Shown here: piece by piece, positions 32,482-41,806 of the stretch
Layout of the letters: every line of letters begins with the position of its first letter
Numbering within the stretch: the first letter of the stretch is position 1
NCBI GenBank assembly: GCA_965238075.1
Contig: OZ250173.1
Location: forward strand, 2,848,001 to 2,912,000
Direction: 5' to 3'
From: Candidatus Entotheonellaceae bacterium
GTDB lineage: Bacteria > Tectomicrobia > Entotheonellia > Entotheonellales > Entotheonellaceae
DNA length: 64,000 nt
The notes under the pieces: model-generated
Told to the model about the DNA's origin: nothing
Seen by the model: the letters and a program-made list of their open reading frames with translations, nothing else
The model's database searches: none
Position numbers and translations under genes: made by a program

Positions 32482-32494
32482 GTGTCGCTCCCTG

Positions 32495-33658
32495 TCAGTC
32501 GTCGGACCGGCTAACGGTTGACGCCGGCTGCTCGCTCGGGCGTGGCACCGGTTCTGGGCGACGGGCCGGAGCGCCGGCAAGCCGAGCGCGCAGCCGCCGG
32601 ATGCCCCGGCGGCACTGGCTGGGGATGCCGACGATGCCATCGGGGAAGAACAAGACGACGGCCACGAACAGACCGCCCAGGATCACCGGCCACCATTCCG
32701 GAAAGCGAGTCGTCAGAACGCTGCGTGCCGCATTGATGCCCACCGCACCGATGATCGCACCGATGAGGCTGTTACGCCCGCCGGTTGCGACCCAGACGAC
32801 GATTTCCAGCGACGGCAACACCCCGATCTGACTGGGCGTGATAATACCGACTTGCGGCACATACAAAGCGCCCGCCAAGCCGCCCAACGCCGCGGCCACG
32901 GCAAAAATGAAGATCTTGTACGAGGCGACCGGATAGCCCAGAAACCGCAGGCGCTGTTCCTGGTCGCGCATGGCGGTCAGCACCAGCCCCATTTTCGAGC
33001 CCACCAGCCAGCGGCAGATGAAAAAACTGACGACGAGCAGAAGCGCGGTGCACAGGTACAACCCGCGTTGTGTGCTCGGCTCGCTCAGCGGATAACCCAG
33101 CACGCTCTTGAAATCCGTGAGACCGTTCGTGCCGCCGAGGTTGAGTTCGTTGCGGTTGAACATCAGCCACGTGGCGAAAGCCATGGCCTGGGTCAGAATG
33201 GCGAAGTAGGTGCCGCCGACGCGCCGCCGAAACGTCAGAAAGCCGATAATGGTGGCGGCTACGACCGGCAACAGCAGGGCCGCGGCCAGGGCGAAGGGCA
33301 GGGAGTGGAAGGGTTTCCAGTACAACGGCAGCTGGGTCACCTGGTTCCACACCATGAAGTCGGGAACGGCCTCTCCGTACACGCCTTTGCCGCTCGATTC
33401 GAGCATCAGGTACATGCCGAATGAGTAGGCGCCAATGCCGAAGAAGATGGCTTGCCCCAGACTCAAGATGCCGGAGAACCCCCAGATGAGGGCCATGCCC
33501 ATGGCCAGTATGGACAGCGACAGGTATTTACCGAACAGGTTGAGGTAGTAGTCGGAGATGTGCCCGGAGGCGTTCAGCAGCGGCAAGCCGATAAGCAGAA
33601 TAACTGCGAGCAGGGTGCCTGGCAGCAGCGCTTCTTTCCAAGCTGAGGTGGGTTTCAT
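32495..33658 (-). CDS. urtC: Urea ABC transporter permease
   Basis: GILSLGQ, PDFMVWN...LP.YW, GGTNGLTDFK, YVPQVGIITP. Confidence 0.9.
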   Translation of the reverse strand: MKPTSAWKEALLPGTLLAVILLIGLPLLNASGHISDYYLNLFGKYLSLSILAMGMALIWGFSGILSLGQAIFFGIGAYSFGMYLMLESSGKGVYGEAVPDFMVWNQVTQLPLYWKPFHSLPFALAAALLLPVVAATIIGFLTFRRRVGGTYFAILTQAMAFATWLMFNRNELNLGGTNGLTDFKSVLGYPLSEPSTQRGLYLCTALLLVVSFFICRWLVGSKMGLVLTAMRDQEQRLRFLGYPVASYKIFIFAVAAALGGLAGALYVPQVGIITPSQIGVLPSLEIVVWVATGGRNSLIGAIIGAVGINAARSVLTTRFPEWWPVILGGLFVAVVLFFPDGIVGIPSQCRRGIRRLRARLAGAPARRPEPVPRPSEQPASTVSRSDD

Positions 33659-33676
33659 GGTCGCGGTTGACCTTCC

Positions 33677-35350
33677 TTATCGCAGCGCCCCTGCGGCCGT
33701 GCGTTCCTTGGCCGGGAAGAGACCCGTGGGTCTGATCTGCAGGAAAATGATGACCAGCACGAGAATGCTGACCTTGGCGTAAACGGCGGCGGCGGTGCCG
33801 GCGATCAGCGGCTCCAGAAGTTTGTTCGACATGCCGATGACGCCGGACGCCAGGACCGTGCCGAACAGTTTGCCGACCCCGCCCAGCACCACGACCATGA
33901 ATGAATCGACAATATAGGTCTTGCCTACCTCCGGGTCCACAGTGCCGATGAGGCTCAAAGCGCAACCCGCCAGCCCCGCCAAAGCGGTACCGAGCGCGAA
34001 GGTGAAGGCGTCAACTTTGCGTGTGGAAATGCCGATGCAGGCGGCCATGTCGCGATTCTGCATCACCGAACGGATGCGCAGGCCGACGTTGGAGCGATAC
34101 AGCAGCAGATACACCATGGCAAGGGCGAACACCGACAGGGCAATGATGAAGAGCCGGCTATAGGGGAAAATGAGCCCTGGCATGACCTCCCAGCCACCGC
34201 GAAACCAGGTGGGCGGACTGACGCTCGTTTGATCACCGAAATAAAGACGCGCGCCCTGTTGCAGCACCATGCCGATACCCCACGTGATGAGTAGGCTTTC
34301 GAGCGGGCGGCCATACAGGAAACGCAGGATGCCGCGTTCCATCAACAGGCCGACACAGCCCGCCGTTAGGATGGATAAGGGCAGAGCAAAGATGAAGTAA
34401 TAGTCAAGATAATCCGGCAGGTGTGAGGTGAAGAATTCTTGCAGCACGTAGGCGGTGTACGAGCCGATCATCAGCATTTCGCCATGCGCCATGTTGATGA
34501 TGCCCATCAGTCCGAAGGTAATCGCGAGTCCCAGGCTCATGATCAGCAGGACGGAGGCAAGACTCACGCCGTTGAAGATGTAGCCGACGCTGTTGCGAAC
34601 AAGCAGAAAATTCTCAATGGTTTCGACGGCTCCGATGACCGCGGCCCGTACTTGGGGGTCGGGCTCCTGCTGGCGCATTTCGCGTAAGCGGCTCAGCGCG
34701 GCTTCCGAGCGCCTGTCACCGAAGTAGTTGACGGCCGCGCGCCGTGCCTGCGCTTCCGGCGCGAACAATTGCAATTTGTTGACGGCCTCGATGAGGACGT
34801 TACGCACCACGGTATCCGGTTCCGCGTCGCGCGCCTTTGTCAGGATGGGAATGAGGGATACGTCGCGCATATTCCCCAGGCGCAGAGCGGTCGAGCGCCG
34901 CGCACCCGGATCCGATGCAAAAAGTGCGATAACGTCAAGAGCGCGTTGCACTAGCGGGATGTTTTCTTCCTCTAAGGGGACCTGCTCAAGACCCTCCTCG
35001 GGGAAAATGGCCTCACCGGCGTCGTCGAGCAGCGGGGTGCCGGCGAGGTCTACAAAAACCCCATCGTCGGTGAAGATGAGGAAGCCTTCCGGCCAGCGAT
35101 ACAGGGCGCCTTCCTTCAGGGCCTGGAGCAGGCCCCGGAAGGCCGGGTCGGCGAGGTCACGGATGTGCTCGAGGGTGGCCCGCTGGGTAGCGAGCGTGGC
35201 GAGGTCCTGGGCATAGTCGGCGGGCGTGTCCGCCGCGACCGACGCGTTGGGCAACGCGCCGCCGGCACAGCACACGACCAGCAGGAAGGTCAGGATGCGT
35301 AACAATTCAGGTCTCCGCGTGCTTGAAATAGTTACGGGGGAATCCCTCAA
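33677..35350 (-). CDS. urtB: Urea ABC transporter permease with N-terminal HEAT-like extension
   Basis: GLAITFGLMGIINMAHGE, LYGRPLE, YIVDSFMVVVLGGVG. Start uncertain. Confidence 0.9.
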   Translation of the reverse strand: MRDSPVTISSTRRPELLRILTFLLVVCCAGGALPNASVAADTPADYAQDLATLATQRATLEHIRDLADPAFRGLLQALKEGALYRWPEGFLIFTDDGVFVDLAGTPLLDDAGEAIFPEEGLEQVPLEEENIPLVQRALDVIALFASDPGARRSTALRLGNMRDVSLIPILTKARDAEPDTVVRNVLIEAVNKLQLFAPEAQARRAAVNYFGDRRSEAALSRLREMRQQEPDPQVRAAVIGAVETIENFLLVRNSVGYIFNGVSLASVLLIMSLGLAITFGLMGIINMAHGEMLMIGSYTAYVLQEFFTSHLPDYLDYYFIFALPLSILTAGCVGLLMERGILRFLYGRPLESLLITWGIGMVLQQGARLYFGDQTSVSPPTWFRGGWEVMPGLIFPYSRLFIIALSVFALAMVYLLLYRSNVGLRIRSVMQNRDMAACIGISTRKVDAFTFALGTALAGLAGCALSLIGTVDPEVGKTYIVDSFMVVVLGGVGKLFGTVLASGVIGMSNKLLEPLIAGTAAAVYAKVSILVLVIIFLQIRPTGLFPAKERTAAGALR

Positions 35351-35377
35351 GGAACTCCCCCGCGCACAGATCTTTAT

Positions 35378-36730
35378 TTATCGCTGAGACAGCCAGGCGC
35401 GGTCGCCATTCACCATATCATAGGTTCCCAGGCCGTCGCCGCTCCAATCGCAGGCCCGACCGGGATAGGTCAACTCGCTCCACGGCAGGGGCCGCACCCA
35501 CTCCTTGCTCTTCCACACGACGTCGAACTGACCATCTTCGCGGATTTTGCCGATGTAGACCGGCTTCCAGGTGTGATGGTTCTTCTCGTCGACCTTGTAA
35601 TTGCCGACGGGGCTGCTGACCGTCAGACCTTCCAGCGCCTTCAGAACCGGTTCGACGTCCGTGCTGCCGGCCTTCTCGACGGCCTGGGCCCACAGTTTGA
35701 CGTGCGTGTAGGCGTGCATCATCGGATCATCGGTCACGCACTGTTTGTCGGGGATGCCGCGCTTTTCGCACCATTTCTTGTACGCTTTCACCCACTTGAA
35801 GTTCTGCGGGGACTTCAGCGACATGTAGTAGTTCCAGGAAGCGAGATGGCCGGCCAGGGGCTTGACGTCCAGGGTCTGCAATTCGACCTCGGCAAAGCTG
35901 AACGAAATCACCGGACAGGTGTCGGCCGTGATGCCCTGATTGGCCAGTTCCTTGAAGAACGGCACATTGCTGTCGCCGTTGATGGTGTTGATCACAGCGC
36001 CATCACCGCCGGCACAGAAGCTTTTGATCTTGCCAACGATGGTCTGGTAATCCTGATGGTGAAACGGCGTGTATTCCTCAGCGATGCCGTCCTCCATGAC
36101 GCCCTTGGCCTTGGTGAGGTAGAGCCGCAGGATTTTGTTCGTGGTGCGCGGATAGACGTAGTCCGTACCTATAAGGTAGAAGCGCTTTTTGCCGCCGCCT
36201 TCCGGGCTCATCAGGTAATCCACCGCGGGAGAGGCTTGCTGGTTGATGGTCGCACCGGTATAGATGACGTTCTTGGAGCACTCTTCACCCTCGTACTGGA
36301 CAGGGTAGAAAAGGAGGCCGTTGTACTGCTCAAACACCGGCAGCACGGACTTGCGGCTGACCGAGGTCCAACAGCCAAAAACCGTCGCCACCTCATCTTG
36401 CGTTAGGAGCTTTTTGGCCTTTTCGGCAAAGAGGTCCCAATTCGAGGCGGGATCTTCCACGATCGGCTCGACAGGGCGCCCCAACACCCCACCAGCCTCG
36501 TTAATTTCCTCGATGGCCATGAGGATAATTTCCTTGAGGGGTCCCTCGCTGATGGCCATGGTGCCGCTCAGCGAATGCAACACGCCTACTTTGATGGGCT
36601 CCTGTGCCATGGCGCCGGTGCCCATCAGTCCCGCCAACAGGATAAGCGAGAGCCCGAGGGTGCAGGCCGTGCGTTTCACGGCCTGCCATTTGTGCGTGCG
36701 GGCCCAGCCCGCGGTGTGCAAGTTGGTCAC
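35378..36730 (-). CDS. urtA: Urea ABC transporter substrate-binding protein
   Basis: Signal peptide, IKVGVLHSLSGTMAISE, FGCWTSVSRKSVLPVFE, YPVQYEGEE, GTDYVYPRTTN. Confidence 0.95.
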   Translation of the reverse strand: MTNLHTAGWARTHKWQAVKRTACTLGLSLILLAGLMGTGAMAQEPIKVGVLHSLSGTMAISEGPLKEIILMAIEEINEAGGVLGRPVEPIVEDPASNWDLFAEKAKKLLTQDEVATVFGCWTSVSRKSVLPVFEQYNGLLFYPVQYEGEECSKNVIYTGATINQQASPAVDYLMSPEGGGKKRFYLIGTDYVYPRTTNKILRLYLTKAKGVMEDGIAEEYTPFHHQDYQTIVGKIKSFCAGGDGAVINTINGDSNVPFFKELANQGITADTCPVISFSFAEVELQTLDVKPLAGHLASWNYYMSLKSPQNFKWVKAYKKWCEKRGIPDKQCVTDDPMMHAYTHVKLWAQAVEKAGSTDVEPVLKALEGLTVSSPVGNYKVDEKNHHTWKPVYIGKIREDGQFDVVWKSKEWVRPLPWSELTYPGRACDWSGDGLGTYDMVNGDRAWLSQR

Positions 36731-36792
36731 GATGTTCTCCTTAGTAGCTTGAACGAGACAATGCTGCGGACTTTCGATGCTTGTCTAATGAC

Positions 36793-36809
36793 AGCAATTT
36801 GCATGCCAA
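36793..36809 (-). promoter_or_regulatory. Sigma-54 (-24/-12) promoter of the urt operon
   Basis: Minus strand TTGGCATGCAAATTGCT matches TGGCAY-N5-TTGCW, about 60 nt upstream of urtA. Confidence 0.8.
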
Positions 36810-37015
36810 CTGCGGATGGGGATGCCAAAGCCGTTGTCTGGGGCTGTCCGCCTTGGGTGCGAGACGCGGTAAGGAGTGACCAGCACTCTCTAAGGATGGC
36901 ATTAAAGTAACAACGGGATTGTTAGGCGAGGGACCATTTTTGTACGAATCGACATCTTTGTAAGTTTTGGTTTCCTTAAGGTGAGGCCCCGTGGATTGGG
37001 AGGCACCTCAGGGTG

Positions 37016-38287
37016 TCAAAGCAAGTCGAGGCTGGGCGTGATGACCAGATGCAGGCGTCGATGGGCCTCGCGCAGGGTCTGTTCGACCGCCTGTGGGGTT
37101 TCACCGCGGGCAAAAATGAACCCGGGGTAACTGGCGCCCTCGGGGAAGGGCTGGAGTTTCTCATGCGGCTTGGCGGTGATCACAACATCTTCGATGCCGG
37201 GAAGGCTGAGTGCCGCGTCCAGGCCCGTCACATGTTTGAAAAAACCAGCGCGGGGAATGGGTAGCATCATAGTTCCGGCAGCAGCCTGCTCGCGTTTCAG
37301 AGAGGGCAGAGGGAGGCCGCACGCGTGACGGATGAGCAGCTCTTCAAGGGACATCCCGGTCCCAAAGCGCAGCGAGCGGCTTCACAAGCCGCCGATGGGC
37401 CGGGCGGCGAGTTCGAGGAGCCAGGGGCCTTGGCCGTTGACCCGAAATTCGGCGTGCAAAGGACCGTGGCAGAGACCCAGGGTAAGGGCTGCCTGTTCGG
37501 CGCAGCGGACGATCTCGGCCTGCAGGTCCGCACTGAGACGGGAAGGGGTGATGTAGAGGGTTTCTTCAAAAAAAGGACCGTTCAGCGGGTCGGGCTTATC
37601 AAACAGGGCCAACGGTTGCAGACGGCCCGCGGTTAACAGACCTTCCAGGGCGACCTCGGCACCGGGAATGAAACTTTCGATGAGGATCCCTTCGTTGGCT
37701 TCATCTTGTTTCTGGCGTATTTCATGCCGTTCCAGCAAGGCGCGCAACCGAAGGAAGGCGGCAATAAATTCGGCCGGGGTATTGGCCCGCATGACACCGC
37801 GACTCGCCGACAGGGCGAGCGGCTTAACGACACATGGGTACGGAACCTCGTGTTGCACGAGACGGGGGTCGGTTTGCATCGGGAAACACATAAAAGCCGG
37901 CACTTGCGCAAAAGTCGCCTGCAGGCGCTGGCGCATGAGGTATTTGTTGTGGCTGGACAGCACGGCGTCCGGTGGATTGTGCAGCAAACCCAACTCGCGG
38001 CTCGCTTTCGCGGCGCTGAGAAGAGGGGTGTCACCCACGGGGAGAATGGCGGCGACGGGTTGCTGCCCAGCAACATCGACGATGCGCCGTGCGGCTTCCT
38101 GTGGGCGCTCAAACCGTAGCGGCACGGCATCGTCTTCCCAGGGATCGTCCAGAACATCACAGCGGTCGCTGCCGAGCACCGTTTCCACGCCGAGTTGCTG
38201 AGCCGTCCGTATGAATTCTCGTGCCTCATACCCTGTCGTCGTATACAGGAGCATGAGCCGGGAACGGCCGACGTCGGGTGTTGTCAT
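37016..38287 (-). CDS. ATP-grasp domain protein, predicted selenoprotein (UGA at 37382-37384 = Sec302)
   Basis: ORFs 37382.. and 37016..37354 are in one frame: VVKPLALSASRGVMRA...IESFIPGAEVALEG...DKPDPLNGPFFEET...HAEFR...LELAARPIGGL-TGA-SRSLRFGTGMSLEE...YPGFIFARG. A hairpin follows the UGA. Confidence 0.8.
37339..37381 (-). promoter_or_regulatory. Candidate SECIS element of the ATP-grasp gene
   Basis: 18 nt after UGA the mRNA reads GGGAC-CGGGAU-GUCCC, extendable by GCUUU/AGAGC; G-rich apical loop at about +24 to +29. Confidence 0.6.
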
Positions 38288-38339
38288 CCTGATTTCCCCA
38301 GACTGTGCGCATGGCCAGAGTACCAAGAAGACCTTGGTT

Positions 38340-39740
38340 CTAGAACGGAGCAACCTGCTCCTCGGTGGGTTCCGCTCAACAATACCACGGTTCATCAAGG
38401 TAAGGAACGGGCCCACGGGCTGGCGGGGCAACGGGGGCAGGCACCAGCGGAGCGGGAATTTGGGCGGCCTTGTGGGCGGCGTGCCAGAGGCGTTCAAATA
38501 TCTCATAGCGGCCGGCGCCTTCCGTCTCACCGCTTTGGACCAATTGGAGCGCCTCCGTGCAGAGGCCATCCATCCGTACGTCGGGATGTTCCCAGCGGTA
38601 CGACAGGGCGTCGGCGTCGAATTCCCGCAGCGACAGACCCATTTCGGGCAGGTCAAGCAGTTTGGAGCCGTCAGGGATCAGCAAGCGCATGGCGAGTTGG
38701 ATGGGTGCGACGTGTTCGATCAGACCTTGCGTGGCGATTACGGTCAGTAAGTCGATATAGTCGGGCAAAAAGGTCCAGGGCATGAAGGCGACAAAGGTCG
38801 GATTGAGGCAAATTTCGGCTTGCCTGCACCGGGCCAGAGCCTGGAGAAAATCCTGTCGGGTGTGGCCTTTATCGAGCAGACGCAGAACGCCATCCTGGAC
38901 GGACTCCACGGCGCTCGTCACCATCAGGCAGCCGGTTTGGCGGAGGGTGGGCAGATGCTCGTCATACCGCAACAGGTGTTCTATCTTGATGGTGACGTCG
39001 TAGGTGAGGCTGGGGAACTCCCGGTGCAGGTCATGCACCAACGGCACGGCGTGGCCGATACCGTTGAAAAAATCGGGGTCGCCAAAGGTCACGTGCTCGG
39101 CGCCGGCCGCGACCTGGCGCCGGATATCTTCCAGGACGACGTCCCTCTGCACGATGCGAAAACGGCCCTCATAGACCGGCACGATCGGACAATGGCGACA
39201 GAAGTGTTTGCAGCCGCGGCTGGCTTCCGTGTAGCCGACGACGTGTGACCGCTCGCCTATTTTGAGTTGGGCGTAAACTGGCAGGGGGGGTAAATCGCGC
39301 CGATCAGGTACCTGAAACTGTTGGCGATCCAGGGAAGTGACGACTTCCGGCTGTTGGGCAGGGGGTGTGGAATCTGTCTGAAGGCGTTGCACGAGTCGTA
39401 ACAGCCCAGATTCAAATTCCCCACCGAGCAGGGTGGCGGCCCCCAGTTCGCGTAACAATCGGTCATTCATGGGGGCGTAAAGGCCATAGAAGCAGAGGTG
39501 AGCTTGCGGGTTAAGGGTCTTGACATGTTTCGCAACCTGGATGGCAATCCGCGTTGCGGTGTGCATGGGGATGTAGAAGGCCACAAGGTCGGCCGCCAGA
39601 ATGGCCTCACGGTCCAGGCGACTGCGTGACAAATCCTGGCACCGAACCGTCGCTCCTGCCTGTCGTAGCCAAGCGGCAGGGGAAGCCAGGCCAAAAGGCT
39701 GCCGTCCCAATTCATAGGTTGCGAGGAGTACAACACGCAC
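38340..39740 (-). CDS. CUAEP-tail radical SAM selenoprotein with B12-binding-like N-terminal domain
   Basis: ASRGCKHFCRHC (CxxxCxxC). C-terminus reads PVPYLDEPWYC-TGA-AEPTEEQVAPF-TAG (TGA 38376-38378; true stop 38340-38342). Start is GTG 39740 or 39749. Confidence 0.88.
38343..38375 (-). promoter_or_regulatory. Candidate SECIS element of the radical SAM gene
   Basis: 14 nt after UGA the mRNA reads GGAGCA-GGU-UGCUCC (6-bp stem), with a lower GAAC/GUUC pairing; loop G at about +21. Confidence 0.7.
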
Positions 39741-39771
39741 CGTGGCCACCCTAACGGATGCCGCTCTCAAG

Positions 39772-40092
39772 CTAGCCCTTGCCCATTGGCGGAACGTACC
39801 CTGGCGGCAGGGCAGCGCCTTCGCCGAAAAAGAATTCTTCCATTTGCTGACGGATGAACTCGTCGGCTTGTGGGTCCATGACATTCAGACGGTATTCATT
39901 TAGAATCATCGTCAGGAAGCCTTTCCACAATTCCCAAGCCTCCATGGAGATGTTTTCATAGATACGTTGACGTAATTCAGCCCCTCCCATCGATTCAGTC
40001 ATTTCCAAGGCAATGCCGCCCTGAAGATCGTCCTCATCAATACCAGGAGCCTCTTTTTGAAGCTTTGTGCAGTAGACGAATCGTTGCGTCAT
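39772..40092 (-). CDS. yggX: Fe(II)-trafficking / Fe-S oxidative-damage protection protein
   Basis: VYCTKLQKEAPG...RIYENISMEAWELW...TMILNEYRLN...MEEFFFG...GYVPP. Confidence 0.85.
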   Translation of the reverse strand: MTQRFVYCTKLQKEAPGIDEDDLQGGIALEMTESMGGAELRQRIYENISMEAWELWKGFLTMILNEYRLNVMDPQADEFIRQQMEEFFFGEGAALPPGYVPPMGKG

Positions 40093-40112
40093 GGTTGAAC
40101 CTTTTCTCCCTG

Positions 40113-40421
40113 TCAGGCACCATCGTCTGCCGTTTCAGACGTTTCCACCGCTTTACTGTCACCCTTGAGGGTGCCGTTGCCGGAAATTGCGGTGGGGACA
40201 GGAGGGGCGCTCTCAGGCGGAGGGGCAGACTCAAAAGAGAGATGGCCAGCGGCAATTTCACGAACCGCGATGGTAAAAAAGCTGTCTGCCTCCTCAGGTG
40301 GTACCTGCGGCCGGGCGCCGTGCTGGAGTTGACGGATGCGTTTGGCGATCAGCATGGTCGTATGGTAGCGGTTTCCTACCACTTTAATGGCGGCATCAAG
40401 AAGAGCGTGCTGCTGTCTCAA
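40113..40421 (-). CDS. rpoZ: RNA polymerase omega subunit
   Basis: AIKVVGNRY...IAKRIRQLQHGARP...IAVREIAAG; TTG start 6 nt after GGAGG. Confidence 0.75.
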   Translation of the reverse strand: MRQQHALLDAAIKVVGNRYHTTMLIAKRIRQLQHGARPQVPPEEADSFFTIAVREIAAGHLSFESAPPPESAPPVPTAISGNGTLKGDSKAVETSETADDGA

Positions 40422-40481
40422 GAGATTCCTCCCGGAGCGTGCTCCGCGAACTAAGAGACCAATTGTGGTGATCAAGGCTCC

Positions 40482-40511
40482 ACTATAACATGCGCATTGA
40501 AATTCTTGCCA
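40482..40511 (-). promoter_or_regulatory. Sigma-70-type promoter (extended -10) for rpoZ-yggX-rSAM-ATP-grasp
   Basis: Minus strand TGGCAA-N18-TATAGT with TGn immediately before the -10. Confidence 0.5.
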
Positions 40512-40569
40512 CCTGTACGGGCAATCCTTTTGAGCGGCATTTTACATTGAGCGGGTGCTGCAGGGACAC

Positions 40570-41289
40570 ATGAACGTGAAAGCAACGCTGACTCAAAAAC
40601 GTGTCGCGGGGCTTATTCCGGCTGCCGGCAGTGGCGTCCGGATGGGTGGGGACATTGCGAAGCCGTTTTTGCAACTCGGCGGGCGAGAGATATTGGCCCG
40701 CACGTTGGACGTTTTTGAACGTTCTGCGGTTATCGATGAGTTATGGGTTGTCGTTGCGGCCAAAAATGTTTCTGCTTGCCAACAGGGAATCATCAAACGT
40801 TATGGATTCCGTAAAGTGCGCGACGTCGTGGCAGGGGGAGCGAGTCGCCAGGAATCGGTTTGGCGTGGTCTGCAGCGGATCGATGCGGCGGTTGACCTCG
40901 TGGTGGTTCATGATGGCGTGCGCCCTTTTGTAACGGAGGCGGTTTTGCAAGAAACGCTGGGTTGTGCCGCACAGCACGGTGCCGCCGTGGCAGCCGTGCC
41001 GCTGCGAGATACGCTGAAGCGCATCTCCGAAGGGGGAGTAGTTGAAGCAACGATCCCGCGGGAAAATTTGTGGCGTACGCAGACGCCGCAGGCATTTCAG
41101 CGGCATCTCCTGATGTCGGCGTATCGTCAGGCTTGGGAGCGAGGCGTGTGTGCGACAGATGACGCCGGTCTGCTCGAATCGATAGGACATCCGGTGAAAG
41201 TGGTCTCGGGGCTGGAAAGCAACATCAAGATTACGACCCCGGAAGACTTGATTTTCAGCGAAGGGTTGCTGCGCACCCCGCGTCAGTGA
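40570..41289 (+). CDS. ispD: 2-C-methyl-D-erythritol 4-phosphate cytidylyltransferase
   Basis: IPAAGSGVRMG, GGASRQESV, VHDGVRP, QTPQAF, TDDA, NIKITTPEDL. Confidence 0.95.
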   Translation: MNVKATLTQKRVAGLIPAAGSGVRMGGDIAKPFLQLGGREILARTLDVFERSAVIDELWVVVAAKNVSACQQGIIKRYGFRKVRDVVAGGASRQESVWRGLQRIDAAVDLVVVHDGVRPFVTEAVLQETLGCAAQHGAAVAAVPLRDTLKRISEGGVVEATIPRENLWRTQTPQAFQRHLLMSAYRQAWERGVCATDDAGLLESIGHPVKVVSGLESNIKITTPEDLIFSEGLLRTPRQ

Positions 41290-41298
41290 GGGAGGGGC

Positions 41299-41790
41299 AT
41301 GCGAATAGGGTTCGGCTACGATGCGCACCGGCTGGTCCCTGACGCCGCCTTGGTGTTGGGCGGCGTGCCCATTCATCATGAATTTGGCCTGCAAGGACAC
41401 TCTGACGCGGACGTTGTTGTGCATGCGCTGTGCGACGCCATGCTTGGAGCAGCCGCACTTGGCGATATAGGCCAACATTTCCCAAGCACGGACGAACGTT
41501 GGCGAGGAGTTTCCAGTCTCACTATCCTGAAAGCCGTAACACGATTGCTGGCGGAAAACCACCACACGCTGGGGAACGCCGATATCACGATTGTGGCCCA
41601 ACGTCCTCGACTGGCTCCCTACCTTCCGCGCATGGCGGCAACGCTCGCTGCCACCGTACATGCCGAGCCTGCGCAACTGAGCGTCAAGGCTACCACGACG
41701 GACGGACTGGGTTTTCCCGGAATGGAGATGGGCATAGCGGCATACGCGGTTTGTCTTGTATGGCCGTTACAGGCTGCTGCATCCTCTTAA
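41299..41790 (+). CDS. ispF: MEcPP synthase
   Basis: MRIGFGYDAH, GHSDADV, GDIGQHFP, VKATT. Confidence 0.95.
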   Translation: MRIGFGYDAHRLVPDAALVLGGVPIHHEFGLQGHSDADVVVHALCDAMLGAAALGDIGQHFPSTDERWRGVSSLTILKAVTRLLAENHHTLGNADITIVAQRPRLAPYLPRMAATLAATVHAEPAQLSVKATTTDGLGFPGMEMGIAAYAVCLVWPLQAAASS

Positions 41791-41806
41791 TGTGGACGAC
41801 GGGACG

